From: Takakia lepidozioides
Lineage: Eukaryota > Plantae > Bryophyta
DNA length: 64,000 nt
Assembly: GCA_030704615.1 (NCBI GenBank)
Contig: CM060733.1
Location: forward strand, 72,788,001-72,852,000
Reading direction: 5' to 3'
Notes under the pieces: generated by a model
Told to the model about the DNA's origin: nothing
Seen by the model: only the letters and a program-made list of their open reading frames with translations
The model's database searches: none
Part shown: one piece after another, positions 48,801 to 61,600 of the stretch
Layout of the letters: each line of letters starts with the position of its first letter
Position numbering within the stretch: the stretch's first letter is position 1
Made by a program: the position numbers and the translations under genes

Positions 48801-51800
48801 GTTTCAATCTAGGGAAAATGATCATATGCTCCCTTCAATAATTGCCTGTGCCTCTTGTCGCACTAGAGGAGAAGTTAGGTAACTTTGTACCTCTGTTGTG
48901 TCTTCCTATTTGCCAAGCTAAAGTGGTAATGTTCTCGGGCTTGAGTCACCTTGCATTAGAATCTGCACTGGTTATGAGGATAATGGTGAGGTGGATTATA
49001 TATAAATGGTCGAAGTCTTCTTTAATGTCTTAGGCTACTTACAATGTTCTAAAGATTCATGTGTTGGTGCATCTGTAGGCATCACTTCATAATTTTCTTG
49101 AAAGCCAGACAGCTGAGATGGATCTAAAAAAAGAAGAGCTGCAAGAAGCCACGGAGGAGCTGAAAAAACTGCGGGAGTCACTTGCTGTCGAGAGAGAGGA
49201 GCTTGATAAGCTGAAGAGTGCCGCTGAAGCAAGGGAGGATGAAATTCTGCGGTTGGAGTTAGAGATGAAGCAAAAGGAGCAACAATACAACCAAAGAGTT
49301 GAGAAACTAAAGGAAAGAGAGGAAGCCTTGGAGTTCAAGCTTCAAAAAGTGACAGACATGGAGCAAGAGGTGAAATCCGAGGAGAAAAAGTATGAGTCAG
49401 AACACAGAAAGATTGCTGAACTGAAAGAGGATGTGAAAAAGGCAAAGGAGGAGATGGACACACTGCAAAAGAAGCTGATTGGTGAAAAGCAACAAATTGA
49501 AGAGGAGCGGGAACACCTGAGGAGAGAGTGTGAACTGGAGAGAAAGCAGATCGAGGAGGAAAGGGAGAAAATACGCAAAGACTGGGAATTAGAGAGGGAG
49601 CAGCTGGAGGAGGAGAGGCAGAATGTGCAGAAAGAGGTGGAGTTAAGAAGGCAGCATATTGAAGGGGAGAGAGATAAATTCAGGATTGAGTTTGAACTGG
49701 AGAGAGACAGATTGAATGAGGAGATCTTATCACAGAGGGAGAGATTGAAGAATGAAATTCATTTGGAAAGGGAGAAACTAAACAACCAAGTTCACGTGGA
49801 GAGACAGCAGGTGTTGGAACAAAGAGAGAAGGCACAGACTGCTTTGGCTTTGGAAAGGGAAAAGATTGAGGTGGAGCAAGAGAGGCTAAAGTCCCTGGAG
49901 GCAGAACGGCTGGAGCTGATAAAGGTGCAGGTACAGCTGAAGGTAGAGATTGATGAAATCCGTGCACGCAAGCAATTTGTTGATGAGGAAGCAGAGGAAC
50001 TGAAACAGCAGAAGGAGAGGTTTGAACGTGAGTGGGAGCTTCTTGATGAAAAGCGGGAGGTAACCAAGAAAGAGAGGGAGAAGTTCGAAGAGGAAAGTAA
50101 GCGTATGGGTGAGTGGTTGCAGGATGAGGAGGAACGGCTGAAGGAATCTCGGCGGGAGGTACAAGAGCAGGCTCGCAAGATGGCTGAGGAGCTCGAACGG
50201 GAGAGGGAACTTTGGAAAAGCAGGATAGATACAGAGCGTAGCCAGCTCTATACACAATTGGACTCAGAGCGGCAGGATTTGGTGCGCAACCTCGAGCTGC
50301 AACGTTCTGAGCTGGACTTGCGGATGGAGCGGGAACGGGAGGTGCTCGAGAAGCAGATGGAGGAGCGGGAGGCCCAACTTAGGGCAGAGGTAGAGCGTGA
50401 GAAGGAGCTAGTGAATGGCAGCCGGGGTGCGTTTGTCTCCGAGATAGAGGAGCTGCGTGGCAAGCGCCAGAAGCTGGAGCAAGAGCAGCAGGAATTAGTG
50501 ACGCAGCGAGCGGAAGCAGAGAATGAATGGAGTGAAATAAAAAAGGACATTGACCAACTTCAAGTCCAGCGTGAGAAACTCCAAGAGCAACGACAGGCCT
50601 TGCACCAGGAACGGGAGGAAACTTTGCAGGAGGCAGACAGGTTGCAAAAACTGAGAGATGAATTGAAGGAAGCAGAGGACAGCCTCCGCTTCTCTGAGCA
50701 GCCAGCAACCTACCATGCTGCCAGAATTGAGGATGAGGTTGCCTCTCCTCGGCGGAAATTGAGCCAAACCCAGGACAAGGGGGTAGCAGCCGTGCCAGTT
50801 CTGGTGGCCAGCAGTTCCAAATCCCAGCGGAGATTCATTTCCAGATCTCCGGGTCGATTGGCTTGGTTGCGCCGCTGTGCCTCAAGAGCTTCCCAACTCT
50901 TTTCATCACCAACTGATGCCAAGGCAGACGGGTTATCTCTGGCAGCTGCTGAGGCTGGAGATGCTGTGGTTGGTTCAGATAGTGCATCAGAGGAAAGCCA
51001 CCCAGTCTTGAAGATTGACAGGCGAAGCCCAAGCCTAAATCAATCACAGCTGGCACAGGTAGTAGGCATTGAGGATGGCATGCGACCGTACAGGCGCACA
51101 CGATCAATGCAAGCAGTAGTGGAGGATGCAAAGGCGTTCTTGGGGTCCCCGCCAGATTGGGAGAGAGGTGGATCTGGAAATGTTGTGGAGGTGTCAGAGT
51201 CTAGTAAACAAGAAGCCCAGCAACAGGCTTTGTCAGAAGAGAGAGTGACCACACCTGCCACCAGCATTGACACTCGAACTGGGAAGAAACGGCAGCGGCA
51301 GCCTTCTAAGGGTGAGCGAGATCTGGACATGGAAGATACTGGGATGGAATCAGAGGTTGGACAACGAAAGAAGCGGCTGCGAGAAATTATGCCAGTGACT
51401 GGTGCCAATGAGGGTGCTCCACTTGAGGCACCACAGTCACGCCTTAGTACTCCTGCAGCACAGCGCTACAATTTCAGGCCTACCACTATGTGAGTGCATG
51501 TTTCCAATTCATCAGAGGCAAAGATCTGTAAGATGTTAATCCCATTTGCGGCTAGATTTTTATGCGTATTCTCAGCACTGAACCAAATAGGCATGCATCC
51601 TGTTGTGACATGATGCTATCGGTAGGATGGAGTGCTCATGAGAAGCGATCTTTCTGGAGAACGTGCAGAGTGATGGACAGCATATAGCTGGCCGCATGAA
51701 AGCACAGTCTGCTTTAGATTATATTACTGTGTGAACCTATGGATTGACGTAGGAAGTCTCGGTAGTATGAGGCTGAAAGATCACACATGGTATCTCCCCA

Positions 51801-52982
51801 ATGGGCGTTTTGCCCATCTTCACTTCCCGAAACAAGGCTTGCTTGCTTGGGGATTGGTACTCTTTTCGACATGGCAGCATTTGATCTCTCTACTCTATTC
51901 ACCAGTGTCAGGTAGAAAATTACGTACCTGCTGACTAGATTTACATACTACACCAAGGTAGCCTTTCACGTGCATTTTTTAGGGGCAGGGAGCAGAATTT
52001 TGTGTCTCAGCTTAATCTCTCCTAAGTCTCATTTTCTTGGCAAATGCTGTGTTGTAGTGTCAGTATGATGGCGACCCAGGCTGCATCAGCAGATGAGAGA
52101 GAGGAATCCGGGTTGCATCAAGACCGCATATCCAAAAGAGCAGCTTCAGGAACTGGCCACCAGTCAGCTAGTGAGTTGCCTGAGGTGTCTTCTTCGGAAC
52201 CTGTGAAGGTACATCTCTTTAGCTTGTGCCAACTCTTTGTGAATGAAGGGTGCTTTTTAGATTGAAAACCCCCATTAACAGCTTTGCACATACAGTGAGC
52301 CTTGCGTGCAAAATGTTTGTCTTTGTACTATGGAGTGCTGTCCAGGTGGTCCTGCACTTCATTAGCTATTGAAAAGGATGTTCCTGAGTTTGTCCCTTTG
52401 GAAGGAGGGTGGTGGTTGGCGTTAGCTTATGGGGACGTGTATTTGGTATGTCAGGTAACTGGAGCAGTTGGAGTGGATCAACTTTTGACTACTGTTAACG
52501 AGACCCCTGACATCCTTGAACAAGCAGAGAGATTGAAAGGTAAAGCTACCGAGATCACAGTTGTTCAAACATCAACTGTCCAGACCTCAGTTGTCCTTAT
52601 GGACCATGCACCAGAAGGAGCAGGGCTTGAGGATCTGACTGGGGACTCAGAGGCAGATGATGCTTTAGGCACCCCTGATCAGGTGGAGAGGGAAGATGTT
52701 GGTGTTCAGACTGGCGAGGACGCTGAAGATGTCGAGGGAGGGGGAAGCCAAGATGATACTTGTGAGTTAGAGGAGGAGGCTGAGGAGGAGGAGGAGGATG
52801 CCCATGGCAACACTGACAATGATGACCAATTTGCAGGTGAGGTTACTGAATATGATGATATTGAGGAGGAAGTGGAGGAGGAAGGCGAGGATTATAGGAA
52901 TGATGACGGAGAAGAGTATGGTGAGGACGAAGGGCAGCCATCAACACTTCGAGAAAAGTTATGGGACTTCTTTACAACTTGA
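45895..52982 (+). CDS. NMCP1: nuclear matrix constituent protein (NMCP1/CRWN type); exons 45895-46182, 46543-46752, 47016-47269, 47675-47945, 48227-48310, 48552-48683, 49079-51489, 52058-52208, 52455-52982
   Basis: MFTPQ start, LYDYQYNMGLLL, EKKCVADLEKALKEM, FEREWELLDEKR, WLRRCAS, RYNFRP and C-terminal KLWDFFTT. Introns are phase-consistent GT-AG. Confidence 0.95.
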
Positions 52983-54225
52983 GGACAATACATGTGCAGT
53001 TGGTCTGGAGAATCCAGGGTTCAATTTTTGTGGATCTGATTGTTAAGGATGAGGAGATCTTAAGGTTCAGTGCTCATTATGTTGTAGATGGGAGCTCCTG
53101 CGCATGTGGCGTGGTAGCCTCTGGATGCAGTGCTACTCCTTATTTGGCATGGGGGACTACTTCAGATGTCTAATAGTGGAACACCATCCATATTTCCTTT
53201 TTTATTGGCTTTTCTCCTGTGCACTGGACAGAATGGTAACAAGATGGTTTTCTCATAGCAAGAGATGACTAGGGTTTAAGCATTGGAAGAAGGGTTCACG
53301 AGATCCTTTTGCAAAGCTTGCTAAGACTAAATGCACCTGGACAGGTGCAAAAGTGAATGACTTTGGGTTGATGGGAGGCTTCTGAAACAGCTGTACACTA
53401 TTTGCAATTTTATGGGGTGTAGAGTTATGAATTAAAATGACGGCCCTTCAAATTTGGGGGAACTGACCTGAGGATTTTCTGAGTGGGGGCTTATGAAGCT
53501 GGTGTTTCTGAATGCGGTGAATCTTGGCATGGCCCCCCTGCGGGTTGTTGCTAAAACATCAGTCATCAGCTGGACATGGCCAAATGAAATTTGCCACCTG
53601 TCCTAGTTTTGTAAGTGAAAAAAAGAGGGCCCTAACACCCATGTCACTTCACCCCCTTAGATCACCATCTACCTTTCTGACTGCAGCGGAAGGGAAAGCC
53701 AAAAGATAGAGGTACATAAATTAACTGAACTTACAGCAAGTCCCTATGTGTTGTTCAAGAGAAATATCATCCTTTGATGGTTCCTTGTGCCAATGACTGA
53801 CACTTTCTTAGTGTAGTATCCTTGGTACCACCTCATTGTCCACAGCCTTTGTGCCACAAGCTTGCCCAAGGATAGAGTGCATGTAGTTATAAATTTCCGA
53901 CTTCTAATCCAACTGAAACTGCAGGTAATGCTGCTGATTGTAATCTGCCCTATGAAGCACTTTGCATTATCTCCTTCTCACATTCTCTTGCATCTAAGTC
54001 CTCCTTGCATCAGCCTATATTGATGTACAAGATGACTAACTATGTACTTGGTACCATATCTATTGTTGCAGGAAAAAGACTCTACCCTGAAGCTCTACTT
54101 TTCTAGACTACATCAACCAAAGTGGCTCACACTTGCTGGAAAATCAGATGTGCATAGATTAGTCAAGCATAGCAAGCTTGCTCCATAAAAGAAGATACAA
54201 GAGAAGAGAGCTATAGTGTCTTGTG

Positions 54226-54508
54226 CAGTGTTTTTTTTTTCAAATTTTGAAAAGAACAGGACTGGCTACTGAGTTTTGCAGGAAATAGCCATATTTTCTG
54301 CTCATCCACTGAAATTTGGACAGAATCATCCTCTGTACTTTCATCCATGTATATCATCCATATTAGGCGAATTCATCCAAGATTTATATTTGTTTTTGAG
54401 AATTTTGGCGATTTCATCCATGAGTAAACAGGGAATTTACTACAGAATATTCGATTTTGATTTTTGAGGTCGAAAAAGTACGAAATTTCGCCAGAAATAA
54501 AAACACTG
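54226..54508. mobile_element. hAT-type MITE (283 bp)
   Basis: TIR CAGTGTTTTT...AAAAACACTG with a perfect 8-bp TSD GTCTTGTG (54218-54225 and 54509-54516). Confidence 0.93.
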
Positions 54509-54639
54509 GTCTTGTGTCTCCACTTATATGCAAGCTTGCTGGTCCTTTAATGACCGCCGCTTGATCACGTGAATACTAGCTGCTTTCTACAGAACATGAA
54601 ATATAAGAGACAAACTATTTGGAATTCCGATGGCCGCCG

Positions 54640-57600
54640 GGTGTTATCCCCCTCTGCGAGGTCATGTGTTTGTCTTGATCTAGCCCAAAATACTTATAAG
54701 CTACGTGGAGCATCTTATTTTCACTAATTCCCTGGCTGGTCATTTATCAGCTTGCAACTTGATTCCCATTACTTTACCCTTTCATCCATCCAGATGGATG
54801 AATTTCATCCTGCACTTGCCCATCCCTTTGTAATGAAAAATAGACATTTCATCACTACTTCGTCATTTCGTCATCCTGCCATCCTGTCATCCATCTGCAA
54901 ATGAAAAATCGTGATTTCATCCCTGCACACCCCTAATGAAAAATCGCGAATTCATCCTCTCGTTTGCCTTGCCATTCAGTGACCAAGTCTCCGAACCCTA
55001 CCCACTTGTTTCCTGTTCGCACTCCTCCGTGTTTCCCTCGACACCTGCATTCGACCTACAGGTGTAAGTACTCCGTTTTTTAGCTGTCTGGCCCTCCAGA
55101 CAAAAGACTACTCCAGCTGCAACCGCTTTAAATCCCTGCGCGATAGATTCTACTGCTTCCCGGCTCCATCTTGCAAACTGCAGATTCGCTCTGCTTCTCC
55201 TTTTTGTTCCTGCTGGGTGTTTGTCAATGTACGCTTGGAATTTATATGGCCCTTCCCACGACGACTCCAGATTGCGCTTCTTCCCTGGCTTTATCATCAT
55301 CACAAGATCTCCTGCTTTGAATTCGGTGAGCTCCTTCGCATTGTTGTGTCGTTGCCTACATGCTCTCTGTTGTGCCTTCTGTGCTGAACTGACATTGTCC
55401 CGCAATGTACCTTCAAGCTCCTGAATTAGTGCGATCTTTTCCTCCATCATCCTTTGCATTGCTGTCGGGTCATCAGTGAGCTCCACTAGCTCTGCAATTT
55501 GTTGAAATCTGTTGTCTGTACCCAATCGCATCACCCTTAGACTGGTCGAAGCCTGTATGCCTACCTTCAAGGTCCTGAATTAGTGCGATCTTTTCCTCCA
55601 TCATCCTTTGCATTGCTGTCGGGTCATCAGTGAGCTCCACTAGCTCTGCAATTTGTTGAAATCTGTTGTCTGTACCCAATCGCATCACCCTTAGACTGGT
55701 CGAAGCCTGTATGCCTACCCAATATCCGAATGCTGCCTTGTAGAGAGCCCTGTCCCACTCTCTGTTGCCCTGTGTGCTTAGAGTAATCATGCTTTCCTTG
55801 AGCGATCGGATTAATCTCTCAACCATCTCGATGCATTGGGGCCAATAGGGCGCTGACCTCTCGTGCTTGACCCCAAACTTCTTGCAGGTGACTTCGAAAT
55901 CCTTCGTCCACTCTGAGCCGTGATCCGTGGTGGCCGTAGCAGTACATGACCTGTTCTTCAAAGAAGCGAGCTGCCAATTTTGAGGTATGATCTGCCACTG
56001 CACTCACCTCTATCCACTTTGAAAAATGATCCACTGCGATCAACGTGTATTTGTTGCCTTCACTCGATACTGGCAGTGGCCCTGCTGTGTCCAATGCTAT
56101 GCGATAGAATATATCCCTGATCGGTATGCTCTGTAGTTCCTTAGTCCCTGATCGCAATGGCGTGGCGTTCTTTGCGATTTGGCATTTGATGCATGTGCGT
56201 AGTACCTGCCTGATGATGTGCGTGCGATTATGCCAAAAGAAACGTTTGCAGACCTCCATCCCCCTCCTGACCCCATAGTGTCCAATTTCTTAGTGTATCC
56301 GTCGAATTATATCCTCTCTAACACTCTTGTCCGGCACCCATTTGGCGTTGAACGTGAGCTTCCCTGCCACCAACTGATATCCTGCTGTACTCTTCCTGAT
56401 TCGCTTGATCTCTCCACTATCCAGGTAATCATTTGGCTGTCCAAATGTGATCAGATGCATTGCTTGTATGTCATCCAGTATGTCTGCACTTCTTTCTTCT
56501 TTTCGCTCTCCAATGTCATCACACTCCCACTGCTCTTGTTCTGTTTCTGCTGCTTGTAATAGACTCACCTGCATCTCTTTTGTGATAGGGCTCCCTCTCT
56601 TGCTTACAGTAATGGCCAGCAGCTCGTCCTCCTCTTGGGATTGAGGTTCCCCAGCTTCATCATTACTGTCATCATGTTCCAGGGAGTACTCCTCTTCCTG
56701 CTCCTGCATCCAATCTTCATCGTCTTTTTTTTGCTCATGGTCACTTTCCTCCCTGTTTTGTTCTTCATCTTGGTCTTGTGTCTCCAGCCCTTGACTCCTT
56801 GTCAATATCATGTTTATTCTAGGTGCATCATCCCCCATCCTGATGTCAAGCAACCTCTGCAACACGTGGTTTTCGCTGATTTGGGTTTGGCACTGTGCCC
56901 TCTGGTGCTTTGGTCTACAATACCAGCAGGTTCGCCGTTGCTCTGGCTTTCCTGGTCTGACTGGTGGTGGCTCCTCTTTCGGTGCTTCATCACTGCTGCA
57001 GATCCCTCGCTGAGGCTTCCTCCATACCCCGTTTACCTTGGTAAGCTTCCACCCATCTGGCTGTCCATCACCTTCTTCTCCTTCCATTTGAGCTACCCAC
57101 TTTAGGCCAACCCTTGAAGGGTCACTCTTCTCCTCATCACTCCACTCCCATATTTTATCGTCAATAGTTTCTCCATCTTTTGTTTGAATCTCCACCTCCT
57201 CCTTGAAACTGATTTCTTTGTGATGAACCCTTACTGCCTGCAGGTTGTTCTCGCACTTGGTGTCATCAATCCTCCTTGGCAAAGCTTAAGTCCTCCCCTG
57301 CATTTGTATGCCACCTATCATCCTTGCTTATTTCCTGATTCCAGCTGCCACTTGTTTCACATTTGCTTGGCCCTTCTGAAAAAATGTGACCTTCCCTCTG
57401 CTTCCCTTTGTTTTGTACTGTCTGTGTTTTCTCACCCATCTGGACCCTATTTCCATGCAGGTTTTGACCTCTCTCGCTGTTGTCATTAAACCCAGAAAAA
57501 GCCAAGTATTCTAACTCTCTCTTCTCTCCCTTGTCTCTCTTTTCTTTCCCTCTCAGTGCCACTGTACGTCTCTCTTTCTTTTGCTGTTTCAGTCAATGGC

Positions 57601-58620
57601 TGATCCATCCCCCACATGATCTCTCCTTGCTGCTCTGTTGACATAGATTCCCACTCTTCCCTTCTTGTCTTCCATTTGCTTCCCGTCTCATGTTGGTCTG
57701 TAACCTCACTTGGCTGTCTTTTTTTTGTATACAGGTTGGGGACTTTCTTGCTGTCATCACCTATCCTGCACAAAGATAAGTGCTCTAACCCTACCCTTTC
57801 TGTTTCATACATGTCTTTCCCTTTTTCACTCGCAGTAACAAGGGCAGTCATGCTTGCTATTTTAACCAACGGCTGATCTACACATGTCTCTGTAACTCTT
57901 GGTGTCACTGTTTGATCATTTCTTTGCACATGTGCAGATCTTACTCGCTGTCCGTTCTTATTGGTGCGCTGTTCCTTTGTCCATGGCCCTTCAGTTATAG
58001 TAGCCTCCAACGCTGAGTTCTCCAACCTTCTCTTGTCTTGCTTCTGGTCCTTTGTTCCAGCATTACTGTTACCAAGACTGACTGTCTCCTCATCTTCTGT
58101 CATGACCTTCTCCATCACCACTTCTTGCAATAATGACCCTTCCTTTGTGTGATATGCAGGTCTGGTCTGCTGTGTAATCTCTTCCCTTTGAAGGCTCCCA
58201 AGCCTGAATCTTTTCTCTCCACCATACAGGTCTTCTTCTCTCATTTCGCTCCACCTTTCCACTGTTTGCTCACCATTTTCTGATTGATGTCCCTTCTTGT
58301 GAACTGCAGGACCTGTTTGCTGCTCACTCTTCTCTCCGCTCATTCTCTTTTTTACATTGCTGTTCCTGCACTCTCCCTGCCCAACAGCCCTGGTGTACTC
58401 ATCCTCGCTGCTTGCCTTCAGCCTGAAAAAGGCTAAGTTTCCCATCTCTATTTCCTTGATACTGCTGCTACCTATCTCCATTTTGGTTGCCACCTTCATG
58501 CAACGCTGGTCTTCCCTTGGCTCCATCATGTCATCATACACTTTAGCTGTGCCTCCATGACTTGCCTCCTTCGCATACCTTTGTCCCGTCACTACTGACC
58601 ATGTCTCCCTTGGTGTAATG
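54640..58620 (-). mobile_element. Gypsy-integrase element without protease/RT/RNase H (left arm)
   Basis: Frameshifted integrase: GHYG, RFFW, CIKCQ, IALDTAGPL, TDHGSEW, MVERLIRSLK, WEGPYKF. Upstream are only low-complexity ORFs with a CCHC-like motif. Confidence 0.8.
55407..55719. repeat. tandem duplication of about 155 bp within the integrase
   Basis: VGIQASTSLRVMRLG...EEKIALIQ occurs twice. Confidence 0.9.
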
Positions 58621-61600
58621 GGATAGAAAAGTGTGGTATTATGTGTCCCTCTTGCAAGATGCATGGACATTTCGAGTTGGAATGCGAAATCAAACAGGAG
58701 CAACAGGGTGAATCAGTGACCTCTGCGAACTCTTATGGGGTAGATGATGAAGAAACAATAATAGCTGAGTTTGAAGAGTGGATTGCACAACATTCTACCA
58801 GAGAGGAGAAGGAAGATGATACTGTACAGGTCAAGGCGGAGACGATGAGAGATGGGGAGTGGTCACATGGTCCACTTGTTGCAATCAAACAAAGGGATGA
58901 TTCAGCTACACCACCTGCAACCCCAACAACACCAGCAGCAAAGAAGACCATGTCATTGCTGTTGCTTAACAAAAGACAAGCGGTGACATCCGAAGGAGTG
59001 CAAGTAAAGAAAGCAGAAGAAGATCACTTGGAAGGGATTCAAAATGAAGAACAACAGGAGACGCAAGCTGAAGTGGAAGTTGTGCAGCCACCTACTACTG
59101 GCGCCAAAAGAAAATGGGTGAGGTACAACTGGCACCCTGGCGTTGAGCAAGTTAGGTGTGAACTGCCAAGAATGAATGTACTTGAGTTTTTCTTTAAGGG
59201 TAGTGACAGCAAAAGGGATGGACTGCCACCAAGGAAGGCAAAACCAAGACAGCGAGAGGATACAGATGCCTTCTGGAGAGAAACTGTGAGGGAAAGAATA
59301 GAGAGCTCAGAAGGAAGGGAGGCGGTGAAGGTAGGCTTAGCTTATCTGAAAAGTGAGAAAGAAGGGACACTCCAAAGAAAACATTGTGGGGGAGTAGACA
59401 AACAGGAAGAGAAACCTGTAGTCACACCAACAAAGACACAGTCAGCAATGGGAGTACAGTTGGCTGCAAGAGGGAGTCATGAAAATGAGATTGGAGGGTG
59501 GAAGAAGATGATGAAGCCAAGTAAAGACCAAGATGACATAGAAGGAGCAACCACAATGAAGGGAGATGGCAGTGAGAACAACAAAATAGGGTTGGCGGAC
59601 TTAGATAGGTGGAGTGCCAAAGAAAACAAAGGCTTGAAGCAAGGGCAGTGTGGGAACTACAAAGTGCATGGAGAGATACCTGCAATTCGACAAAACAAAC
59701 GAGCATCAGCTACTTTGGAACAACAGTATGATGATAAAGAAGGCAATGAAGAGGCAGAAAGTGCTAGTAAGGTTGGGACTGGAACAAGGCATTATGGGCA
59801 GAAAAGGAGCAACGTAGAGTCGGGGGGCTTAGCTGATGGGATCCCCACAAGATCAGAGGCAGTAGATAGTTTGTGCAAGGAAGAGAGGGATTCTGAGAGT
59901 GAGTGCGTAGCTTTTTATAGGCTCAGTGAGGACAGCGAGAAAGGCTCGAAACTGCACACAATCGATGGACAGCAAAACAAAGGAAGGGATGAGCTGAAGG
60001 AAGACAACTTGTTTGTACTCTCAGAGAATCAAGACCACAGTGGTGAGAAAAACCTGCCACCTCTTACTCAAATACCTATTGTGGATGACAAGAAAACAAA
60101 GTCAGAAACAAAGGCATTTGTGAAGACAATGCCCGTGAGCAAGCCTATGGCATTATTGTTGAACAAGGTACATGGAATGACATCTGAAGGAACGCAAATG
60201 AGGGCGGCAGCAGAAGACGGTCACATAAAAGAAGTTCATGAGATGCAAGCTCAACATCTGGAGAAACCAGGTTTGATGACAACTAACTTGTTCCCTCTAA
60301 GGAGCAACAAAGTAAGGCTGAAGAAAGCAGGCTGGTATGTGGATTGCGAACTTTGGGAAAAAAAATTAAGTGACTTGGAAAAGAAGCTAAGAAAGATCAG
60401 CCAAGGAGTCAAACAAGTGGTGGACAAGCAAGAGAGGGTGGCTGATGTGACACATCCAATTGAGGGACATGTAGAAGGTGAGCACCCACCTGCTACTGGT
60501 GCCAAAAGAAAGCGGGCTGAGTTGGAATGGCACCAGGGAGGTAACTCAATCAGCCGATGGAAAGAAAGGTGCGAAACAGAAGATGATGAGACGAAGGTTC
60601 AGAATGAGGAACAACATCAGATGCCCGCTGAAAATCTGGCCAAGAGACCAGCAAAATTAAGGCATAAGGTTGAGCTACCACCAGTCCTTGGCAACAAAGG
60701 AAAACGGGTCAGATTTACATGGCAACCAGGAATTGATTCCATCAGCTCGTGGAAAGGTGGTACAGGTGTAACTGTGGATAAGGCAACAAAGGACGAGGTC
60801 TATTGTTGTCTACGGGTGTGGCCTCTTTGGCAATTCAAGAGCGAACAAGTTGGGATGTTCTTCAGGATGAAAGCTGACTTGAATCCACTGGCATGGAGCA
60901 GATTAGGAAATATCAAAGGTACTGGTCTGACTGCTGGATTCAGCTTCGAGATTATCAGGAATACCATGACACGTGACAGCCAAGCTGAGGACAGAAAGAG
61001 TGAAAGAAGACAAAAGAGAGAACGGAAAAGAATTATGTTTAAGCTACGGCCGAGAGTTAACACGATTGGACGACCTGCTGAGGTTGATCACAGCAAAGGG
61101 TATGGACTGACACCGAACATTTCAGACCAAAAACAGCGAATTGATGTGAGTTCTCTTGAGCAGATGAGAGATGAAATAAGGACAATGAAAAGGCTGAGTG
61201 ATGAGAGTACTAAAATAGGAAGGAAAGGCAGTGAGATTGTGAGTGAGGATGTAGCCTTTCTTGTGATGAGCAAAGGACAGCTGAGTGAGGGAAACCTGCA
61301 CCCTGAGGTAGCAAAACAGCAAACGAACCCTGCACATTCACCAAGAGAGATTCAGGTAGTGAAGAGTGCAGTAAAATCTGAGAGAGATCAGCCTGTAGTA
61401 AACAATGAGATGACAACCAACATTAAACGGAAGGGAAGTGAGCATGAGAGCGAGAGAGTTGAGCCAGAGTGCTTAGTTTTTTTTAAGCAAAATGAGGACA
61501 ACAAGGAGGATCAAGATCTGCATGCAAGGGAAGACCAGCAGAGTGAGAACATCAGCAGGTGTGAAGAAGACAAACAGCCGAGAAATGAGATGTTTGATGC

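Noticed and set aside
49342-51408. Antisense ORFs over NMCP, gag and the 1117-aa ORF
   Set aside because: Ser/Leu/Phe-rich shadows of Glu/Lys/Arg-rich sense frames.
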